Source of the DNA: Pseudogymnoascus verrucosus
Taxonomy: Eukaryota
Length of the DNA stretch: 64,000 nt
Direction: 5' to 3' (one strand)
Assembly: GCA_001662655.1 (NCBI GenBank)
Contig: KV460254.1
The notes below the pieces were generated by a model. The model saw only the letters and a list, made by a program, of their open reading frames with translations, searched no databases and was not told the origin of the DNA. Each line of letters begins with the position of its first letter. The stretch's first letter is position 1. The position numbers and the translations under genes were made by a program. Below are positions 49,381 to 63,046 of the stretch, piece after piece.

Positions 49381-49939
49381 ATGCCTTCTCCCCTCGACGA
49401 CGCAACATTCTCCCACACCCTCCCCGGTGTCCCCCGCCGCGAATCCGACGCCAGCGACAGCGGACGCCGTCGCTCCTCCGCCAGCAGCTCTGGTCGTTTC
49501 TCCTCTCTAAACTACCAGAAGCGTCAGGGATCCGGGGACCCAGAGGCCATTGCTAGGAGGGAATCGTATAACGACCAGCGCCGCGAGAGTGGCTGGTTCG
49601 GAGGGCTATGGAATAAGTATGTCATATTCCCCCACCACAATCCCCAGAGACGGCAATGTGGATGGGACGGGATGTTGGAGCAAAGGACAGAGGAGCTAAC
49701 TGGTGTGTAGTTGGATGCGTGGCCCGAGCCAGACTGTTGCGGAGCGTCGCCAGTCGGAGAGTGCGCAGCCTGCTGCTGGGGAGACGAAGGCTGCGGGTGT
49801 GACGGAGCAGGCGGGGGAGCAGGCCAGGAAGCAGTCGTGGGGGTCGAAGCATATTCATGGGACTGGGGCTGGGGCGGCGGCGTGGCGTGCGCAGTATCCG
49901 AGGAGAGGGAGTGGGAGTGGGAGTGGGACTCAGTCTTGA
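49381..49939 (+). CDS. Small hydrophilic fungal protein rich in R(R/K)xS motifs, 2 exons (49381-49616, 49711-49939), ~154 aa
   Basis: CAATCATG start context; TATAAA at 49232 and 49298; a GTATGT...GCTAAC...TAG intron joins two ORFs in frame (GWFGGLWNNWMRGP). Confidence 0.75.
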
Positions 49940-50569
49940 GTAGGTTTGAGTATGTTGACTGGTTGAGTGAGGTTTAGCTGAAGGGGGATTCTGTGGGGTA
50001 GTGAAGGGATGTCGGAGACGCTGATGGGTTGGAGATTTGTTTTAAAATCGTCCTGTTAGTCTAGGTTAATACAAGTGCTTTATATAAATGCAAGTGTCCC
50101 TGGTGAAGTGGGAAGATGAGGCTGGTGCGTTTACTAACCATCAATCGGTCGAGGCAAGAGAGATGTGGGGGGGTTATCTCACATAGCTGTAACGGTGGGT
50201 ATAGTTATCACATCACACCAAGGCGGGACAATGAGTGAACAATTTTTTGTTTATTCTTGATCTGAAGTTGTATAGCAAACGCCGACACCGTCATTATTCC
50301 TATAAACCAGGAATTTAATTTTCAAAGCCCCCATAGCAAGCATCAATGGTGAATACATAAGCACGAGGAACAATTTCAGATTCAACAATGGTTGAGCCGG
50401 CACGAAGCCGGTCGGGCTTAACGCCGCAGCAAGACTCTTTCGAGCACAAGCCGAACAGTCCTATGACTGCCAAATGTATCGCGAAGTACATCCTAATCCC
50501 ATTTTGCCATCCCATCACACCCATTGTGTCTCAAAAAACGCCCATCCATTCGTTGTAACCGCAGGCAAT

Positions 50570-51229
50570 TTACCTGACAATTCCCTCGAACCTCTGCTTG
50601 TACCATTTGACGATCTCGTCCTTGCGGATCTTGTGGGAGGCACCGACGGAGCTGCGGGCACGGCGGCGCTTGGCGACGCGCTCACCACGGCGGCTCATGC
50701 AGACGTAGAAGTCCATTCCGTAGATACCGATTCCGGGGTCGTACTTGATACCGAGATCGATGTGCTCGCTGATACCGAAGCCGAAGTTACCGGTCTCGGA
50801 GAAGTTGCGCTTGCGGAGCTCGTACTCCTTGACCTTGAGGCCACGCTCGAGGATCTCCTCAGCCTTGGGGCCACGGATGGTGACGTGGACGGAGATCTTC
50901 TCGTTACGACGGATACCGAAGGTACGGACGGTGTAGCGGGCCTTGCCTGTTGCGATTTTGTTAGTGAAAAGTTTAAGAATTGGTGGATGAGACCCTTGGA
51001 ATCGCAATTTCAAGGGAAAGAGGACAGAACGTACTGTAAACCGGGGTTTGACCAGAAAGCTGCTCGAGCACCTTTGCGGCACGAGTAAGTCTGTCACCAG
51101 ACTCTCCGACGGAGATGTTGAGGACGAGCTTCTGGATACGAAGATCCTTCATGGGGTTCTCGGTCTTTTCGGCCTGTCATATTGAATCAGTATGCCGATG
51201 ATTATACATAGATCTATCAATCATACCAT
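50570..51229 (-). CDS. RPL11: 60S ribosomal protein L11 (uL5), 3 exons (51227-51229, 51035-51173, 50570-50946), 172 aa
   Basis: [44 protein letters not shown] and [19 protein letters not shown]. Confidence 0.96.
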
Positions 51230-51324
51230 CTTGAATGTCGTTGGGGGTTGATTCCTGGGTTGTCGTTGGGCGTTGAATGAGGAATTTCGATATTGAGAAG
51301 TTCGCGGAGGGTAAATCGCTTCGC

Positions 51325-51333
51325 AAACCCTAA
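51325..51333. promoter_or_regulatory. AAACCCTAA (Tbf1/telobox-like) motif in the RPL11/SmB bidirectional promoter
   Basis: Exact motif ~100 bp upstream of the RPL11 ATG; TTAGGG-type sites are known in fungal ribosomal protein gene promoters. Confidence 0.4.
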
Positions 51334-51560
51334 AGATTTTAGTCCGGGATGACACTAGTGACGAACGCGGACTAGCGTAAAATGGAGATTTGAGCTGGAG
51401 CTAGCAGAGCCGCAGCGGGCCAAGGCGACTGTATCAACCATCAAATTCGCGATTAGAGGCTTGTAACAGAGCTCTAGACGTGATATTGAAGTTATTACTA
51501 CTTCAAATACACAATCTTTGAAACAATAAGAGAAGTTGCTTAACGCGCTACTCATACAAG

Positions 51561-52486
51561 ATGGCGAACAAGCAGGGAAAGATGGTGAGTTGCCCCCTCC
51601 CGACATTCGATTAATGGGTGTTATTGACAGGATAGGCTAACTTATATCCCATCATAGGCCGGCCTCGTAAGTAGATACCTATGGACGCGCCTGGGGCATA
51701 CCGTGTACCAGAGACGACAGAAGGAAGAGAAGCTGATTCCATATAGATCAACTACCGGATGAGGGTGACCATGAACGACGGTCGCCAGATGATTGGACAG
51801 ATGCTGGCTTTCGATAAGGTCCGTTTTCGCAGCTGGGATGAATTGGGAACGAAATACTGACGGCGTCGCAGCACATGAACCTCGTCCTTGCCGATACCGA
51901 AGAGTTCAGACGTGTCAAGCGCAAGGCAACCAAGCCCAGCGCCGCCCCCGGCGCGGCAGGCTCCTCTGCACCACTCGTCGAGAACGAAGAGAAGCGCACC
52001 CTCGGCCTCACCATCGTGAGAGGTGCCCACATCATTTCCCTATCTGTGGAGTCCCCGCCACCAGCCGATCCCTCAGCAAGACTTGGAACAAGCGCGCCAG
52101 GAGGAGCCTCTGCGGCAATGGCTGCTGGCCCTGGTATTGCTAGACCAGCGGGCCGCGGCCTCCCAGTTGGACTCACTGTACGTTTAATTGATACGCCATA
52201 TACGATTGCCGCTAATTTACTTTACAGGGTCCTGCTGCTGGTGTTGGAGGACCGCCTCCTGGACTTGGAGGATTTGGCGGAGCGCCGCCGTTTGCTGGAA
52301 GAGGTATGCATTGGATTTCACGAGACCAAGATGGTAACTAATCAATTTGTTATAGGCGCGCCTCCTGGATTCCCAGGCGGTTTCCCCCCACCACAAGGTT
52401 TCGGAGGGGCACCTCCGGCAGGTTTCCAACCTCCTCCAGGATTCGCTCCACCAGGAGCACCGCCAGGATTTGGTCGTGGAAGGTAG
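51561..52486 (+). CDS. SMB1: Small nuclear ribonucleoprotein SmB, 6 exons (51561-51584, 51658-51666, 51747-51818, 51872-52177, 52228-52303, 52356-52486), ~205 aa
   Basis: [37 protein letters not shown] and RTLGLTIVRG Sm motifs; Gly/Pro-rich tail. Confidence 0.93.
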
Positions 52487-52835
52487 ATACCCAGGGGCAA
52501 TTAAAGAGAGATTGCATCACGATATCAGGCTTTGTGACTTGGTGTGGAGGGATGATAGTAGTTCAAGTGATATAAGGCGTCAAAAGGGGCGGCGTACCGG
52601 CTTCGCATACCAATGGAAAAGTTGTAGCATAGAGAGCGACAATTCCATACGTTATATGACCATATTTCTTTTAAGCAGTGATGTTAATTACCTATTTTGC
52701 TAATCGATTGACTTCTTTGGGGTAAAATGTATGAAGCACGTGACCCGATGTAACCCGGCCGCTCCAACCGATTTCCCAACCTTATCTGAAATGTCCTGAA
52801 AACAGTTGCACATCACTCACCCAACAATCTTCAAG

Positions 52836-53459
52836 ATGGCCGCCTTTGTCAAAGCGATCAACGCCAAAATAAGGGCACACCCCATGCTCAACTATGTGTG
52901 TTCGACACGTAAGTGCCCTCAATTCGGTTCCCAGGGAGCCCAATCCGCGATTCCGATATGCGGAGGCAGTTGTGATTCACCATGAAAACTGACATGATAT
53001 CTCCACTACAGATTTCTGGGGCCCAGTGTCCAACTTCGGTATCCCCATCGCGGCCGTGATGGACACACAGAAGTCACCCGAGCTGTACGTTTCCCCCTGC
53101 ATGACCCCGTGCGATTTCAATCCCCTCTTGACTGCTCCCCGACTCCGGTCGTCCCGCCGATCCAAGACTGACTCCCAACAAGTATCTCGGGCCAGATGAC
53201 CGCTGCTCTTTGCATCTACTCTGCGACATTCATGCGCTACTCCCTCGCCGTCTCGCCGGCTAACTACCTCCTCTTCGCGTGCCACTTCATCAACGAGGGG
53301 TCGCAGTTAACACAAGGATACCGCTACCTGAACTACCACCACTGGGGCGGGAAGGAGGAGATGGCCAAGAAGGGCGAGCTGTCAAAGATTGATGCTCCGG
53401 CTGAGAGCAAGAAGTTGGGCGAGTTGGTTGAGAAGGCCAAGACTGAGTTGAAGAAGTAG
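52836..53459 (+). CDS. MPC1: Mitochondrial pyruvate carrier subunit 1, 3 exons (52836-52908, 53012-53084, 53183-53459), 140 aa
   Basis: STHFWGPVSNFGIPIAA, ISGQMT.AL..YS..FMRY and NYLLFACH..NE motifs. Confidence 0.93.
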
Positions 53460-53960
53460 AGGGATCGCTGGTTGGGATTACACTCATACGGTGGAGAGGA
53501 TGTCTTGGGGAGGAATTGAGGATGCAGGAAGTGATAGATCTACCAAGGAGACTCGAGGGTTATACAAATCTACGGTGATCAGAGTGAAGCGGCGACTTCA
53601 GACTGGAAAGAAGCATGTAAACAACAATAGACTTCAGTGCTATGTGCTATAATGAATTTAAATATGTTGATTGCTTTTCAAACGGCATAGGGTCTACATT
53701 ATCCAAGCCACAAACTCAGTGTCATTGAATTATAAAGCCTCCTGACCGTAGAAGTAAGATTTTTGACTTGGTGATTATGGTGGTTGAAGCTTCGGGCTAC
53801 GAACCCCGGGGCTAGGTTGAGAGATTGTCCACCAGTTACATCATTTACAGTCAACAGACAATACGTTGAAATCGATATAAACTCACATTAGAGCCGATAT
53901 GCCCTTAAATTAGATGATATGGCTGGGTATCTACAGTAACACAAACGACTAACCAACCGA

Positions 53961-56900
53961 TCACAACGATGTATGATCCCCCCAAACCCCCGTTATTTCT
54001 ACGATCAGATTGGCAACTGTGCTAACCGCCCACAACGTGATCAATCCATATCCAATCTTCCTAGTCATCATCCATTTGTTGAGCGGCACGAGGATCAATA
54101 ATGCCACGAGCGTAATAAGCAGTGAGACAGCCGAAATCAGAAGTGTCGGACTGATATCAATCACGTAGGGCTTGTACTTCATCGGCCGCCCTGGATGCTT
54201 TTCATGTTTGTGGTTGGCCTCCGTGAGCGTCATATAAAGTCCACTCCCACCAATTCCTAAGAGAATGTTGAGCATCGGGCCACCAAAACACGCGGAGAGC
54301 GCCATGACGGGATATCCAAGACGCGCAACAGTGATGTCTGCGACAAGGTCGCCTAAGGAATTTCCAACAGCGAATATCGTGAGTCCAAGAATGGCATCGG
54401 AGATACCAACGATGACGCCGAAGGCTTTCAGCACCCCTACGACTTCGTTGGCAATCGTGGAGATCCAGGCAATGCTGACAATGAATCCAAGAAAGCAAAA
54501 TAGGTGCCTATATTTTGGCATCCTATCATGTCTTGTTGTGACAGTCAGGATAGCAAGGGTAACTAGGGACCCAATCAAGCCATACAAAATCATCATGAAA
54601 AGGGGTTTCGGCTGCAGGTCGTCATGGTACAAGTTACCCCATAGAACAAGGGAGACAAACACAGGCGCGGTGAATATCTGAACCACAACAAGCCACCTAT
54701 TCCAATCGGCAGGCTCTGGCAGGGCTGACTCAGCCTGCATAGCAAAGTAATCTTGGGCCGGATTGACGTTCTTTGGCGGTAGCGGCTCAGAGTGAGGGTT
54801 GCCGTGATAGATGTCCTCAGTTGCGATGGCTATGCTAGCTGCGTTCCCATGTCCGGCAAGTCCACGAACGTTTTGCTCCACTCCAGGAGTAAGCAGGACA
54901 GAATTGCGGATAGAACTGCGGCGATAGTTGGCCCATTCTGGTGCGACTTCATTGTCTGTATAAGGAGCCTCCCCGGGAGGCCCCTGGACCGTCGCACTTC
55001 GAGACCTTGATTGGCGTTCTCGAGCATTCTCCAGTTCAAGCTCTTCATCATCCTCTTTTAGTTCACTCTCTACGACCGGCAGTGTCACAGCCAGTAAGAA
55101 GATACTTGGTGCAGAGACCACGCTCAAAATTTTATCCCAGAAACTCTTGCCTTCCCAGTTCTCAAACGTAGGAAATAAAGAAGCGCGGATAACTTGTGGG
55201 GCAGGAAGGTAGCGATATGGCCACCACCTGACAAGCCTTCCGGGGACCTGTCCGTAGAATGATCGTCCACCAGGCGTCCCTGGGGGACTTAGAGTTCCCG
55301 ATTCGGGCCTTGCTTGTGGGGGAGAAATAAGCTGTGGAGGAGACATTGGCCGCGGTGAGTCCGTATACGCAGGGAATGCATATACCGGTGATAACGAGCG
55401 CGTTCTGGAGCTGTCTCTTGAATCGGGAACACGTATCCTTGGCCGACTAGGTCCCTTAGTTCGGGGAGAATAAACCGGCGAGGGGTTTACGGTCGCTGCT
55501 GCTTGAAAGAAGTCGGGTTTCAACTGGTGACCGCCAAAAAAATCTGGTGCGGGTGGTGCTAAGCCATGCTCATTTTGTTGCCCAGCTTGAAGCGGTGGAC
55601 TGGTGTCTTCGGGCTCACGAGGAATCGGCGGAGACGATACTGAAATTACTGGCGAGGGCGGTATGGCGTCACCAGTTTTTGGAAACTGCTGGTTTCTGTC
55701 TGGTCCTCCGGCGGTGTTTATTGGGGCCAGATACCGAGGGTCGCTAGGCCCTGAACCATCAATACCGCCGCCTGGGGCTTCTGCGGCAAAATAATGACTA
55801 GGATTCCTCGGGTTCTTATTGACATCATCCGCGGAGGATGCCACCGTTGGAGAATAAGGTTCGATCAAATCCGCTGAACCTGACGGGTGGTCTGCATCAG
55901 TGACGATAACAGTACCCTGCTCAGACGGATTGGACTGAACAGTTCCTCGGTCGAAAGATGGGTTGGAGGATGGCACCCGATCATCTGAATACTGTCGAAG
56001 TCGTATTTGGTGTTCGGAAGTACCCCTCGCTTTTTGAAGTGAAGACAAAACCGAACGAAACTCCATTGCTCCGATGAGACTGGGTCTGATTGGAGTCATC
56101 GTGTTCCTTCTACCGCCCCTTGGACGCAGAACCCGCATGCTGTTGCTCACTTCTGTAGCAAACATCCTCCCCCTCTCTCCTTCACCATCGCTATCATCAT
56201 CGGAGTCTCGTTCGGTATTGGGCGATCGGTCGTGGAGACTCCTTTCCAAGTCCGCAAAGTCTTCAGTTGACCGTCCAAGGGCCCCTCCACCTTCTTCACC
56301 ATCTTCATCTTCGTGATCTTCTATCAGCACTTCTATCTCCGCAAATGCTGGCCCTTGATAATGGCCCCGTGAAAGGGCAATGCGCTCTCTCTTCCTTCGT
56401 TGTCGCTGGAGATACCAATGCCATGTCACAACCACCGCCACGTAAAATACGTAGAAACCGATCATAACGCAACACTCCCACAAGTACAGGACACCATCGG
56501 CCAACATAACCATGCTGAAACTCGCAGCCACAATAAAGAAGCCGACATCGCGAACGAAGCTCTTCTTTCCAACCTTAAACTCTCTGACCAAGGCCATTGA
56601 CCCCGCAACAACCCCGGAGATAAATCCAGCGGCGCCAATCAGTTCTCCTACAGCCATACTCCCACTGTGAGTGCTCATTGCCGCAAATGTCGAGAACACA
56701 TCCGGGCTGCCGTTTCCAAAAGCCAAGAAAGTAACACCAGCCATACTCTGGCTCATACCCAGAATCGTGGCAATCGTGCTGAGATTTATACAAAAGAAGT
56801 CGCTCGCAGCAATACCGATCGTCGTGAACAGTAGCCCAATCCACAGAACGAGTATTGTGAACGCGACGGGTTGCGCATTTGGAAGAGCGCAGTAGTAGAG

Positions 56901-57270
56901 GGATAGGTAAGACAGGAGGCCTGCTTCTTCGTCCGGACAGTTTGCTTTTATGAAGGCGCATTTGTCGTCTGCGAAATGGACGAGCCGACACTGCAGAGCT
57001 GATGTTAGCAATCGTTCTCCAGGGCCTATCACCATGACTGACCTCTTCATCTCTCTTGAGCAACCTGTTGACGTCGAGTTCCGCCACTGCACGTCGCTGG
57101 ACACTCCCATACTGGTCGCCATACTTGTATCGGGCAACCTGGGTCGCAACCAGACTAATCAAAGCAAAGGCGCAAAGCAATAGAGTCGATATATAAAACG
57201 AGCGGAAAGAGAACTTGGCCCTGGCCCTTCGATGTTGCGTCGATGTCGCCATTAACCCGGGACTAAGCAT
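53961..57270 (-). CDS. Cation/Ca2+ exchanger (CCX/Ecm27-like), 2 exons (57043-57270, 53961-56990), ~1085 aa
   Basis: Alpha-1 repeat AGVTFLAFGNGSPDVF and alpha-2 repeat GLTIFAVGNSLGDL; intron 56991-57042. Confidence 0.92.
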
Positions 57271-57697
57271 TGTATCCTAGAGCATTGCATTGTTTGCGAC
57301 TCGGTTTATAGCATTGCGATTGTGCAAGTGGCAAATATGGATATAGTTTAACAAGAGCGAGCTGTAAACTATAGAATCATAGTATTGCTCATATGAGTGT
57401 CGCGACTTCAAGCTGCACAGCCACACAAATGCCCAGAAACTCGGGGGATGCAGGTTAGATGACGACGTTAGTACCTTCCAATCGCCCCCCGCGGGTCCTG
57501 TTCCCTTATCGGGACCTGTACCCCAACTTTAACCAAAAGCAACCTCAAAGTCACGTGATACACCAAGCTCCGCGTGTTTATTGTTTACTCAGATTGCAGG
57601 GTCGCGATCGTGGGATTGCGGCAGGAACTACCAGCGACAACGAAATTCGACACAGATACGACATATATTGTGCGCATATTGCGGGCTATAACTCAAC

Positions 57698-60404
57698 ATG
57701 CCTCGAGTCGCTCAGCAGCCCAGAACTGCTGGTAGCAGAAATGTATCAAGCGGGGCACCAGCAACCCCGTTCAAGTCGCAGGTCAAGTACGGATTACCAT
57801 ACCAACAGATCAAATAAATCGCATACTAACAGGGCGGTTTATTAGAATTCCTCTAAATGATGATGCACAGGAAAAAGCGAAGAGATTGCAGTCGAGACAT
57901 GCGCTCCATGATATTCAAATGAACCAGATCAAGGCCGCAGCATCACCAATGCGGAAACTTAGCACCTACGAGCGCGCAAATAGCGCATCGCCCTCTTCGA
58001 ATCCAAGGACGCCCGCCCGGCGGACAGCGAATCGTGGCAAAGAAAACGATATGGATGAAGATTTGATCACTGTTGGTGGAACAGCAGTTACGCCTATGAA
58101 GAGGGTGCCTATACTTGCGAACTTTGAGGAATGGATGAAGATGGCTACAGACAACAAAATCAATGCGACCAACTCCTGGAACTTTGCTCTCATCGATTAC
58201 TTCCATGATATGACGCTGCTCAAAGAGGGGAATGGTGTGAATTTCCAGAAGGCCAGTTGCACGCTGGACGGCTGCGTCAAGATCTATACAAGCCGAGTCG
58301 ACAGTGTAGCTACGGAAACCGGAAAGCTATTAAGTGGTCTTGCTGATAGCGGAAACAACAAGAAGAAGCGAGATGGAGCAGAAGGAGAAGAAGGGGAAGA
58401 GAGCGAGGAAGAAGTCGAAGATGAAGATGGGACAGTGAGGAGGAAGCCAAAGAAGAAGGCCCAGAGGTCCTCGGAAGCCACATTAGCGCCGTCGTTTGCT
58501 CCACTACAACTGAAGAAGTTTGAGCTTGAGTTCTCTGTTGATCCGCTGTTCAAGAAGGCGTCAGCCGACTTTGATGAGGGAGGTGCCAAGGGGTTACTTC
58601 TTAACCACTTGTCTATCGACTCCCAGGGCCGCATTGTTTTTGACAGCAGCGATGATGCAGGAGATGCATCTGCGGAGGGCAGAGGAAGGCAAAGGAAAGG
58701 CGACACCATCGAGGAGGAAGAGGAGGAGGAGACACCAGAGCCAAGTTCGTTGCTAGACGACACTGCCAAGCTAGAGGACGACGAGGAAGATGCTGAGATT
58801 GACATCGCTTCCTTGGGGGCTAGATTCTTCCCAGACCTTGATCGCCTTGAGGAGCAAGATATTTGCCCCTCTCTGAAGAACTTCGACCTCGGCGATCCTT
58901 CTGGGTCGATGGACATTCCATTCCTGAAAGCACCTGACGATTGGCGTCAAGATCGTGAAAAGACTGCCGAAGCAGGTGAAATTGGCGATACTTCCGGCGT
59001 CTTCCTCGACGATGACAACCCAGCTGGGTTTGATGACGATGATGACGGACTGCTTGGCAACTTTGATATGCCCGATGCAGGTTTCGGTGAAGGTGGCGAG
59101 GCATGGGCTAGAGATGCTGCTATAGAGCCCCAACTTCGAGTCCATGATAATGGAATCAACGGCGAAGGGGAAGGAGCTGATGGCGAAGACGGAGCAGGAA
59201 CCTTTGATCCGGAAAGTGGAGAATTCATTGTATCTCTCAACCGCTCAAAAGGCGGCATGGAAGGAGGCCACGAAGACATCCTGAGCTATTTCGACCAGGC
59301 CCTCCAAAAGAACTGGGCTGGCCCAGAGCATTGGCGTATAAGAAAGATCAAGGACTCCGCCAAGGCAGTTACTGCCCCCAAAGCTCGCAAGGAAAAGGAA
59401 CCGTTCGAAATTGACTTTGTGTCAACACTGGACCAAAGCCTTGCCGAATCGATATATACGCCTGCCAGCTCCAACACCGTCATTTCCATGCCTAAGAAGG
59501 ATTGGAAATCGAAGACCCGGAACCTCCTCCCCGACGACAAGCACTTCTCCTCAAAGCAGCTCTTACGCCTCTTCCTCAAGCCCAAAGCACAGATGGGCTC
59601 TCGTCGACCTGGGATTGGTAACAAGCTCGGCAGCTTTGGACAGGCTATTAAGAAGGAAGAGGATGTGCCTGAAGGCGAGATGGACGAAGCTTTCTGGGCA
59701 CAGAAAGAAGACCCTATTATTGCTGGAGCCGACGAGGAGGCTCCAAAGGGCGACTATGACGCAAATTTCTTCCAGGACGATGGAATGCCAATGGGCGGTA
59801 TGGATGATGACGATGAATTTGCTGATGCGAGAGACCACTTTTCACCAGGCCCAGATGGGAATGGTAACGAGGGAGGAATGGCTGGCATCAATAATCTCCT
59901 AGGCGGTGGAATGATGGGTAGTCAGGGGACTGAAGGAGAAGGCGCATTTGGAACGCAGCTTGTGACCCAGAGTCGAAGATTGCGGCCAGAATATGTGCAA
60001 TATGCCCGTGTCGCTAAGAAAGTGGATGTTAGGCGGCTGAAGGAGGAGCTGTGGAAGGGTATGGGTGTCAAAGGCCTTCATTCGGTATGTTCAACCTTTC
60101 CCCTTGCATCTCAAAATCTAACTGTAAATAGGAGGCACCACCAGACGCATCAGGTCGACTGCCTACACCAGGACCCGAAACCGAGGAGAAACCGGACGAG
60201 GTTCTGCAGTTCACCAATGTGATGCAAAACCTGCAAACAGTATACCCAAAGCAGGCCATGAGCGACATCTCGACGAGCTACTGTTTCATTTGCCTGCTAC
60301 ATTTGGCGAATGAAAAGGGGCTTGTTATCGAGAAGCAAGAGGGTCTGGAAGAGCTGACAATTCGGAGGGATTATACGGCTGAGATCACTGTTGGTGGGGG
60401 TTGA
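57698..60404 (+). CDS. BRN1: Condensin kleisin subunit (Brn1/Cnd2/Barren), 3 exons (57698-57786, 57846-60084, 60132-60404), ~866 aa
   Basis: NFEEWMKMATDNKIN, NFQKASCTLDGCVKIYTSRVDSV, DPLFKKASADFDEGG, WAGPEHW and CFICLLHLANEKGL motifs. Confidence 0.95.
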
Positions 60405-61461
60405 GTGGCCTCAACGCTGAGGCCGATGCCGTTTATGTTGCAACGAATTTGATATGTCCATGGTTGCTTTGGGATGGAGTTTCGGGGGATACTATGGTTG
60501 TACAAAGGGTTGAGGTCGCAAGGATTGACTGGTAGGAAGGGGGCATTTTTGGTTTTAATGAAGCATGCGACATCTGTATTAAGGTTTAACTGATCCAATC
60601 ACGTTGTGTGTGGTAGACCCCGAAATTGTTCTCAGGTGAGAAAATGTAAACAGAAATATCGCCACGTGACAAGTTTATAGTGTTTTCCCAGCCAATGTAA
60701 TGTAATTGTAGAAGAAATAAACATGTCAAGTTATTGATAGAGAGGCGAGTAAGGTGGAAAGAGAGAAAACCACACCCACTTATGGCGTTCCCGTCCCAAT
60801 ATTGTGAGGTAACACCAAGAGCCAAGCCACGTGCTTCTTCATGGTAGCAGCTTCCCGCGATCTTCAACATTCGACTTGCCCCCCCCCCCCCAAAATAAAT
60901 ACCCCGACCTCACCAGCAGTGATCCCTCGCCCGAGTCCCCCCAATCTGGACCCTGTTGGCGGGCACCCACTGCAAGAAAGAAACAAATCGGATTAAATCA
61001 AGTTCCTCGATTTTTTTTCTTTCATGGGAACAAACGGAAATAATGACACCTCGGTTCCGCTGAGACCTTCTCTTTCCGAATTTGACCAAGCCGCTGAGGC
61101 AAGGAGGGAGAGAAAAAGAGCCCACGGACGCAAAAGAGGTACAACGACAAACGAAATTTCTAATCGTGTCCTGAGAGAGATTCACCTGGGAGGGGGGTTT
61201 TAAACTTTGTTCATCATCGGGTTTACCATCGTTCGTTCATCGATCAAGGTGGCGCTTCTTGTTATCAGCTCATTTTCGTGAGAGTCGACTCTTGAATTTC
61301 AACTTTTTTCAATGGCTTTGTCGCCGCTGAGCTAGGACGCCGATTAGTTGGAAGCTACAACTTGGGGGGCGGGTTGGTGAATTGGATAACTCGGCACTGC
61401 TTTGGCTGACTGAGGATAACTTCACCAAGTCAACTTCACGCCTTCACCGCTACATCCGCTG

Positions 61462-62175
61462 TTGTTCTCACATGATCAACTTGTCGCCGGCGTCGATATA
61501 TACACATCAACACGCTCTCGCACCTCACCAAGCCAATACACCAAACCAAGACCCTCTCGCCCACAAGAAGGACAACCAGACGCCAACCCAAACATCACCA
61601 CCACCACCGGGCCCAGCATCACCACCAAAATGGCCAACTCCCCAACACCAACCCCCGACTCCCCTTCCCCAACCTACCCCCAACCATACCCCCCAATACC
61701 CCCCTCCACCTCCCCCTCAACGCGGCGCATCCTAATCTGGCTTCACGAAGTCCACCTTGCCACCTCTCAGCACCCCACCCCCCCCCTCCCCGCCCCCCAA
61801 GGAACCTGGCGCCGTCTCGAGAAGCGGATCCGTGGGAAGCTCTGGACTGGGAAGGGCAGCGGCGGTGTCAAGTTTGGGAAATCGGGGAACGGGATTGGGA
61901 TTGGGATTGGGGGTGGGAATTGGGCCGTGATGGATGAGGAGGACAGGGAGGGGACGAGGATGTATGCGTTGAGTGAGAAGGGGATGGAGGGGGGGAGGAA
62001 GGTGGTGGAGGAGTGGAGTTGGGATGTTGAGAGGGAGACGGAGAGTGAAGGGGGGGAGAGGAGGAGGGGAGATGAGAAGGAGGCGAGGTTGGAGAGGGCG
62101 GCGGAGTTGTTGGGGAGGCAGAAGGGGAGGGGGGAGGCTAATGGCGAGATGGGGGGTGGTTGTTTGAGTGTTTGA
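61462..62175 (+). CDS. Hypothetical low-complexity protein, start uncertain (first in-frame ATG ~61629)
   Basis: 237-codon open frame, Pro/Thr-rich then Gly/Glu/Arg-rich; possible acceptor at 61429 but no upstream exon resolved. Confidence 0.35.
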   Translation: MFSHDQLVAGVDIYTSTRSRTSPSQYTKPRPSRPQEGQPDANPNITTTTGPSITTKMANSPTPTPDSPSPTYPQPYPPIPPSTSPSTRRILIWLHEVHLATSQHPTPPLPAPQGTWRRLEKRIRGKLWTGKGSGGVKFGKSGNGIGIGIGGGNWAVMDEEDREGTRMYALSEKGMEGGRKVVEEWSWDVERETESEGGERRRGDEKEARLERAAELLGRQKGRGEANGEMGGGCLSV

Positions 62176-63046
62176 GTGTACTTTGAGCGGGTGGGGTGTA
62201 TTGAGTTGGTATGATGGTGTTTGCTCTATTATGGGCAGGGAGTTTGGTCGGGTTAGGGGTGTAATAGTTGGGTTTGGATGGATTGGATGGATTGGGTGAA
62301 GGGTTAATAGAGGAGGAGTTCGCTGTACTCTAATACCATAATGATACCAGATTGTACTGGCGAGAGGAATCAAGTCACATTGCAATCACAATCATAGTCA
62401 CGAGAACGAACAACATATTGCAAATGGCATGTGGTATATGTTTTGTGAATTTCATTGCCCACCCCACACCCACTCCTCCAGACGGGCTCCGATAAACACA
62501 AAAGGTAAAGTAACAGTTTGACAGACTACCCGCTATGGCAAACGCAACAAAGGTTGATTCAGGATAGTTCCCAGCAGGATTGAAGTATCGAAGATACCCG
62601 TCCCCGCTGAGCACCACCATTCATCAAAGCAATCCCCTGGGCAGATTATAACCATCCATTTGTGTGAGTTACCGCATCCGAAATCTCATCAAAGGACGCC
62701 GAAAGGAGTTTCCGGAAGAGCCGTCGCCTTTTCCATCGACAAAAACCCGCGTTGTTGGTGTGAGAGAAACCGTGTTAAACAGGGCAAAACAAAAATAACA
62801 TTTCGCAAAGGGGCAGGGAAGTGGGGGGGGACGTTGGGCAGAGAGAGGGAAAAAGGAGAAAAACCATGATATCAAGGATCGCAGGATGGTGTATTCGCAA
62901 ATCGCATGTATTTCGTACGTTCGCAGCAAACGCCCCCCGCCGCCTCAGATCCGCATCAAATGCTCGCGCTGACTAGATTAAGACACTGATGACGGACTGT
63001 GTGCAGGGGGGAAGTTGCGGAACGGGGCCTCGTGAGACGACAAGAT

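Noticed and set aside
50391..50420. Small hairpin (CCGGC-loop-GCCGG) downstream of RPL11
   Set aside because: Too short to distinguish from chance without conservation data
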